The notes under the pieces: model-generated
Seen by the model: only the letters and a program-made list of their open reading frames with translations
Database searches by the model: none
What the model was told of the DNA's origin: nothing
In this document: one piece after another, positions 57,559 through 64,000 of the stretch
Numbering within the stretch: the first letter of the stretch is position 1
How the letters are laid out: every line of letters starts with the position of its first letter
Position numbers and translations under genes: made by a program
NCBI GenBank assembly: GCA_016186995.1
Contig: JACPKQ010000005.1
Location: forward strand, 2,593-66,592
Origin: Deltaproteobacteria bacterium
GTDB lineage: Bacteria; Bdellovibrionota; JACOXK01
Direction: 5' to 3'
Length of the DNA stretch: 64,000 nucleotides

Positions 57559-59673
57559 TCAATCTACCTTGTGAATGGGAAGCCAATCGGGGCCGGGCAA
57601 GGAAAGCAATAAATTCTCACAGCGATGCACAAAAATAACTGTGGGGTGATCTTCAGGCTTAAGTTCCTCAGCATTTTTAAAATGTATAAGAGCTTGTTCA
57701 AACTGTTTATTTTCATAAAATTGAAGCGCTTTTTCATATTCGTAAATAAAATCTTTTTCCAATTCAAATTCAAGAAGACCGGAAGGAATCACTTCATAAA
57801 TACTCACACCCTGAGTACGTCCCCTTACCTGAACGGTATCTACTTTTCGAGTAAGTCTTTGGTGTTGAAATTGTTTTTTTGTATCCTGACTTATAAGAAA
57901 AGGAATCTTATAAAACTTAGTTGCTTGTTCAATTCGCGAGGCCAAATTAACAGAATCTCCAATAACTGTGTAATCAAAAACTTTAGAACTTCCCATATTA
58001 CCTACAAGCATCTCTCCTGTATGGACACCAATACCGATTTGAATCTCTTTCCAACGCTTTGCTTTCCAATGCTCATTTAAATCTTTAAGCCTTTCAAGCA
58101 TAGCTAAACCTGTTTTAGCAGCCTGATCAGCATGTGCAGCATTGACAATAGGGGCCCCATAAATGACCATGATGGCATCTCCCATATATTTATCAATCAA
58201 ACCACCCTGTTCAAAAATGACATCACTCATGGCAGACATGTATTCATTGAGCATTTTAGTAAGTAGCCCTGCAGGGAGCTTTTCTGAAATTTTTGTAAAA
58301 TCCCTGATATCTGCAAAAAGAACGGTGAGAACTTTTCTTTCTCCTTTAAGTTTTAATTGTGAAGGATCTCGGATCAGCTCTTCAACAAGTTGAGGTGCAA
58401 GATAGTGTTCAAAAGCCTCACGAATGTGGCGGGCTCTTTTTTCTTCAACAAAATACTTAAATAAAATAGTATTCACAAAAACAACTAAAATATGAAGATA
58501 AATAAAAACAGTGTTCGCCACAAAACCTTTTTGAAAAAGAATGAATTGATCACAATAGTAAATTAAAAAAAGCACTGTGAGAGTAAAAAGAGCACCCCAT
58601 AAAGCTCTTAATTTACTTAGGAAAAATCCTAAAATAAATGCCATGAAAAGAATAAATAAAACTTCAAGAGCAAGAGAGGCTTCGGAACGTTTTAAAAAAT
58701 TTTGATTAAGAATATTATCAATAATATGAGCATGCACCTCAACACCCGCCATTTCAGTTGAAAAAGGAGTGTTTCTTAAATCTTGAACTGCTTTGGCAGA
58801 AACACCTATTAAAACAATTTTATTTTTTGTCTCTTTTTGAGAAATTTTATCTCTTAAAAGATCTTGGAAGCTTAAGGTAGTATAGGTTTTCCGGCCTCCA
58901 CGATAATTAATCAAAAAACGTGCTTGTTCATCAACGGGTAGCATAACATCATCCAAAAAAATACTTTGAATACCCTCTTTGCTAAGCTTCACACCAATAT
59001 TTTTTTGAAGATAAACAGATGCTGTTTTTAAAGCAAGGGAGGGATAAAGTGCTCCACCATATTCTGTCACAAGAAAACCCTTCCGTATCCCTCCATCATA
59101 ATCAGATGTAAAATCAAAAAAACCATAATGTGATGTTGCACTTGCAATAGGGCTTATATTCATCTCAACAGATTGTGCTTTTGATACGTGAGGAAACTGT
59201 CCTTCTTGAGAGGAAATAAGAAGATTAATTTTTGAGGGCAATTCTTTCTGATTTTCTAGTTTTTTATCAAAATAAAAAAAGTATCCTAAAACAACACGAG
59301 AAGTTTGTTTTATTTGAGATGCGAAAGAGAGATCTTCTGCTTCTTCACTTTTTTCAGAGAAAAGCATATCCAGTGAAATAGTATGAGCCCCTAAAGCACG
59401 AAGTTTCTGAATGGCTTTGGCTAAAACACTTCTTTTCCAAGGCCAGCGCCCTATCTCACGAATACTTTCATCATCGATAGAAACAATGACAATTCTATCA
59501 TCTGGTTTTTCCTCACCTCTTACCTGAAACTTAGTGTCTAAAAGTTTAAGCTCTAAATAAGTGAGAAAGGGAAGTTTTTGAGGGGCAACATAATTAATAA
59601 ACATAAGAAAAAGAACAAACACTGTAAAAAAACAAGTAATTTTAGGAACAGACAAAGAAAAAAGTTTTTTCAT
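57559..59673 (-). CDS. CHASE2-domain class III adenylate cyclase
   Basis: WPWKR, LFADIRDFT, DKYMGDAIM, GDSVNLASRIE. Confidence 0.95.
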   Translation of the reverse strand: MKKLFSLSVPKITCFFTVFVLFLMFINYVAPQKLPFLTYLELKLLDTKFQVRGEEKPDDRIVIVSIDDESIREIGRWPWKRSVLAKAIQKLRALGAHTISLDMLFSEKSEEAEDLSFASQIKQTSRVVLGYFFYFDKKLENQKELPSKINLLISSQEGQFPHVSKAQSVEMNISPIASATSHYGFFDFTSDYDGGIRKGFLVTEYGGALYPSLALKTASVYLQKNIGVKLSKEGIQSIFLDDVMLPVDEQARFLINYRGGRKTYTTLSFQDLLRDKISQKETKNKIVLIGVSAKAVQDLRNTPFSTEMAGVEVHAHIIDNILNQNFLKRSEASLALEVLFILFMAFILGFFLSKLRALWGALFTLTVLFLIYYCDQFILFQKGFVANTVFIYLHILVVFVNTILFKYFVEEKRARHIREAFEHYLAPQLVEELIRDPSQLKLKGERKVLTVLFADIRDFTKISEKLPAGLLTKMLNEYMSAMSDVIFEQGGLIDKYMGDAIMVIYGAPIVNAAHADQAAKTGLAMLERLKDLNEHWKAKRWKEIQIGIGVHTGEMLVGNMGSSKVFDYTVIGDSVNLASRIEQATKFYKIPFLISQDTKKQFQHQRLTRKVDTVQVRGRTQGVSIYEVIPSGLLEFELEKDFIYEYEKALQFYENKQFEQALIHFKNAEELKPEDHPTVIFVHRCENLLLSLPGPDWLPIHKVD

Positions 59674-60425
59674 ATTAATTTAATAACCTGTCCTTTTGTG
59701 ACTATCTCAATGTGATACCCTTTTAGTTCTTTTTCTATTTCTTTATAAAAATGCGGTTTTAGATGATAGGCATATACTTTTACATTCTTGGGTATTTTTT
59801 TAATTTCCTTTAAAAAAGTCTCAGTACAATGATGCCTTGCCAAAGATACAAGATCTTTTTTCCTGTTAGAATAAGATAAATCGAGAAACACTGCTTTTAA
59901 GTTTTTATAAGTTTGAGCTACTTTCCACATGGCTTCTGTTTCATAAGTATCGCCACTAAAAACACAGGCGTTACTACCATCATCTACTATGAAACCAAGA
60001 GCTTCTGTAGCATGATTAACAGAAACCGCCTGTACTTTTAATTTTTCAATGTGAAACGGTTTACTTTCAATAGGATGTAAATAAAGGAGTGGATTTTTTT
60101 GCGGTATTTTTGTGTAATCAGGCCAAATAATATTATTAAAAACTCCTTTGTGAATAGCCTCTAAAACTTTTTTGTGACTATAAACATGAATTTCTTTATC
60201 TTCACTCTCTCCCACAAGACGATTATCCACTAAAAAATGAAGCTCGTGAAAATGATCTAAATGAGCATGAGTTAAAAGAATGTGTTTTATTTTAAGTTGT
60301 TCTTCTTGAGAAAGAACTGAAGTCATAGTACCTGCATCCAGACAAACGCTTTGGTTGATACGAAAACAGACCGGGGAATAACCCGGCAACGATCCGCCAT
60401 CGCATCCAAGTACCTGAATTTCCAC
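59670..60425 (-). CDS. class II (MBL-fold) cyclic-nucleotide phosphodiesterase
   Basis: VLGCDGG, LDAG, THAHLDH, FSGDT, YHLKP. Confidence 0.85.
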   Translation of the reverse strand: MEIQVLGCDGGSLPGYSPVCFRINQSVCLDAGTMTSVLSQEEQLKIKHILLTHAHLDHFHELHFLVDNRLVGESEDKEIHVYSHKKVLEAIHKGVFNNIIWPDYTKIPQKNPLLYLHPIESKPFHIEKLKVQAVSVNHATEALGFIVDDGSNACVFSGDTYETEAMWKVAQTYKNLKAVFLDLSYSNRKKDLVSLARHHCTETFLKEIKKIPKNVKVYAYHLKPHFYKEIEKELKGYHIEIVTKGQVIKLI

Positions 60426-60455
60426 ATAAAAAGTGTATCACCTTATGAACTTAAA

Positions 60456-61436
60456 CTACAGCCATTTTTTACGTTTGAAGTAGTAAAGAAGAATAGAAGC
60501 GACAAAAGCCATAAAAAACATAACTGATGGAAAACCCCAATCTGAATGAAGAAGAGGCATTTTTTTAAAGTTCATACCATAAATACCCACAATCACTGTT
60601 AAAGGTAAAAGTACAGCCGCAAATAAAGTAAGTGTGTTCATAATTTCAGTTAATTTCTTTGTCGCAATGGAAAGGGAAACATCTAAAATACCCGTTGTCA
60701 TATCACGATAAAACTCTGTTTGATCCAAAACTCGATCCATATGATCGTACACATTTTTAAAATAAAGAGAACAGCCTGCACAGATGCGATCATATTTTTC
60801 CTGATACATTTTATGAATAACTTCTTTTTGATAAAAGAAGATGCGGCGAAGACGCATCAACCTTTTTTTAAGTGAAAAAATATCATCCATAATATTTTCT
60901 TCACCATGAGTAAAAATTTTATTTTCAATACGATCCAATCTTTTATCAATTTTATCTAACACGGGTATATACTGATCTACTACTTCATCTAAAATATGAT
61001 GAAAAAGATATTCTGTATCAACTGCCATAGGAGCCACAACTTCTAAAATTTTTTCTTGAAGTTCCCGAATACTCAAGAGAGGATTCTCATGATAAGTCAC
61101 AAGCATGTTTTCACAAATAAAAGATGAAAGACTTACTGTTCGAATAGAATCTTCTTCAAGAACACCCCTGTCTTCCATCTTCAAACCATGCACGCGCACA
61201 TAAAGATAATCTTTATAATCTGTAATCTTTGGAAAAAACCTTTCACTAAAACAATCTTCAAGTGCGGTAGGGTGAAATTTAAACTTGTTGATGAGTAAAT
61301 TTTTTTCTTCTTGGGAGGGCTTTAAAAAATCAATCCAAACAAGGTAGTTTTTATCATTTAAATAAGCTCCACATTGCTCTAAGTTACTTTTTAAAACCTT
61401 AGCCTCTTTTTTAGAATAAACATATACAACAACCAT
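60456..61436 (-). CDS. corA: magnesium transporter CorA
   Basis: GIYGMNF and two C-terminal TMs. Confidence 0.93.
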   Translation of the reverse strand: MVVVYVYSKKEAKVLKSNLEQCGAYLNDKNYLVWIDFLKPSQEEKNLLINKFKFHPTALEDCFSERFFPKITDYKDYLYVRVHGLKMEDRGVLEEDSIRTVSLSSFICENMLVTYHENPLLSIRELQEKILEVVAPMAVDTEYLFHHILDEVVDQYIPVLDKIDKRLDRIENKIFTHGEENIMDDIFSLKKRLMRLRRIFFYQKEVIHKMYQEKYDRICAGCSLYFKNVYDHMDRVLDQTEFYRDMTTGILDVSLSIATKKLTEIMNTLTLFAAVLLPLTVIVGIYGMNFKKMPLLHSDWGFPSVMFFMAFVASILLYYFKRKKWL

Positions 61437-61522
61437 AATAGACTTATCGGAAAAATAAAAATTTTACTTGATTAAACAAAACCCATTGACTTTAAAGCAC
61501 ACTTTCGACACATTTAAAAAAA

Positions 61523-61984
61523 ATGAATAAAATCATTATTTTACTGGCAACAGGACTCAGATCTGGGGATTTACCCAAAGCCCCTGGAACATGGGGCACG
61601 CTTGTCTCTCTTCTGCTTGTGCTTTTTGTAGTACCAGAACTTCTAAGCATTTCTCCTTTTCTTTACGTTCTTACACTTTTAACCTTTATTGTTTTAAGCA
61701 TGTGGATAGCAGACAAAGCTGAAAAGCTTTTAGAACAAAAAGATGCCCCTCGTATTGTTATTGATGAAATGGCTGGTTTTTTGGTAGCTACCTTTTATCT
61801 TCCCACAACCTGGTGGGTTATTCTTTTAGCTTTTATTCTTTTTCGCGCCGGAGACATTTTAAAACCCTTTCCAGTAAGATGGTGTCAGGAAAATCTAAAG
61901 GGTGGAGTTGGAATCGTTTTTGATGATGTGGTTGCAGGAATTTATACCTGCCTTTTACTTCACATTGTCCTGTTAATATTATGA
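61523..61984 (+). CDS. pgpA: phosphatidylglycerophosphatase A
   Basis: APGTWGT, IVIDEMAG, FRAGDILKP, DDVVAG. Confidence 0.95.
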   Translation: MNKIIILLATGLRSGDLPKAPGTWGTLVSLLLVLFVVPELLSISPFLYVLTLLTFIVLSMWIADKAEKLLEQKDAPRIVIDEMAGFLVATFYLPTTWWVILLAFILFRAGDILKPFPVRWCQENLKGGVGIVFDDVVAGIYTCLLLHIVLLIL

Positions 61985-62442
61985 AAGCAGAAAAGATTGT
62001 TTCTCTTTTAAGAGAAAAAAAATTAAAAATAACAGTTGCAGAATCTATGACAGGTGGACTCATTGCAAAAACTTTAACAGATGTTCCAGGTGCAAGTGAC
62101 GTTTTTGAATATGGCTTCATCCCTTACTCTGACAGTGCAAAACAAAAAATTTTAAATGTTCCAGAAAATATTTTGCAAAAATATAGTGCAATTTCAAAAG
62201 AAACGGTTGCATCCATGTTGGAAGGTGCTAAACATAAGAGTAATGCTCACGTTGCTGTAGCAGTCACAGGCAATGCAGGTGGGCTTGAAAAAAAGAAAGG
62301 TTCTGTTTTTATAGGTATTCAAGTTCAAAATAAAGTAGAAATTTTTGAAAAAGATTTTTTTGGAACAAGGGATGAAATTCGAAAACAAACTTTAGATTTT
62401 GCACTTCAAATACTTTTAGAAAAACTCAAAAATGGGAGGTAG
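61981..62442 (+). CDS. cinA: CinA C-terminal domain (NMN deamidase-like)
   Basis: [21 protein letters not shown]. Confidence 0.88.
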   Translation: MKAEKIVSLLREKKLKITVAESMTGGLIAKTLTDVPGASDVFEYGFIPYSDSAKQKILNVPENILQKYSAISKETVASMLEGAKHKSNAHVAVAVTGNAGGLEKKKGSVFIGIQVQNKVEIFEKDFFGTRDEIRKQTLDFALQILLEKLKNGR

Positions 62443-62444
62443 AA

Positions 62445-64000
<1,556 letters not shown>

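Noticed and set aside
10973-62388. Numerous 60-150 aa ORFs overlapping well-supported genes
   Set aside because: Shadow frames of AT-rich coding sequence with no independent motifs

Overview
AT-rich bacterial chromosome segment. The gene content (ChaN-like, CHASE2 cyclase, matrixin with a C-terminal sorting signal, large orphan secreted proteins) suggests a deltaproteobacterial/Bdellovibrionota-like lineage; this placement is inference. Layout: an accessory region (1-8365), then truA and tRNA-Lys, a purB-purC-purS-purQ-purL-purF cluster, lon, ftsB/exbD/exbB, a block of large orphan secreted proteins (26.7-37.2 kb), hutU-selA-nfi-msrA, gdhA, dgt, an M16 peptidase, cyclic-nucleotide signalling genes and pgpA-cinA-recA-alaS. 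The main signal is a family of short GTCAT-tagged palindromes (about 21 sites). About half lie in frame inside housekeeping genes (truA, an HI0933 flavoprotein, an SPL-like radical SAM, purF, purL, selA, an M16 peptidase), where they add roughly 9-37 residues and use all five stop-free reading frames. A second family of 158-bp MITE-like elements is also present. Features missed by the ORF track include a 51-aa FlgM-like gene, a 38-aa membrane peptide behind an SD-sequestering hairpin, a 65-bp perfect direct repeat around a TA cassette, the 5' part of alaS and several frameshifts or nonsense codons. I saw no transposase, integrase or CRISPR array. All calls were made by eye and no database searches were run.
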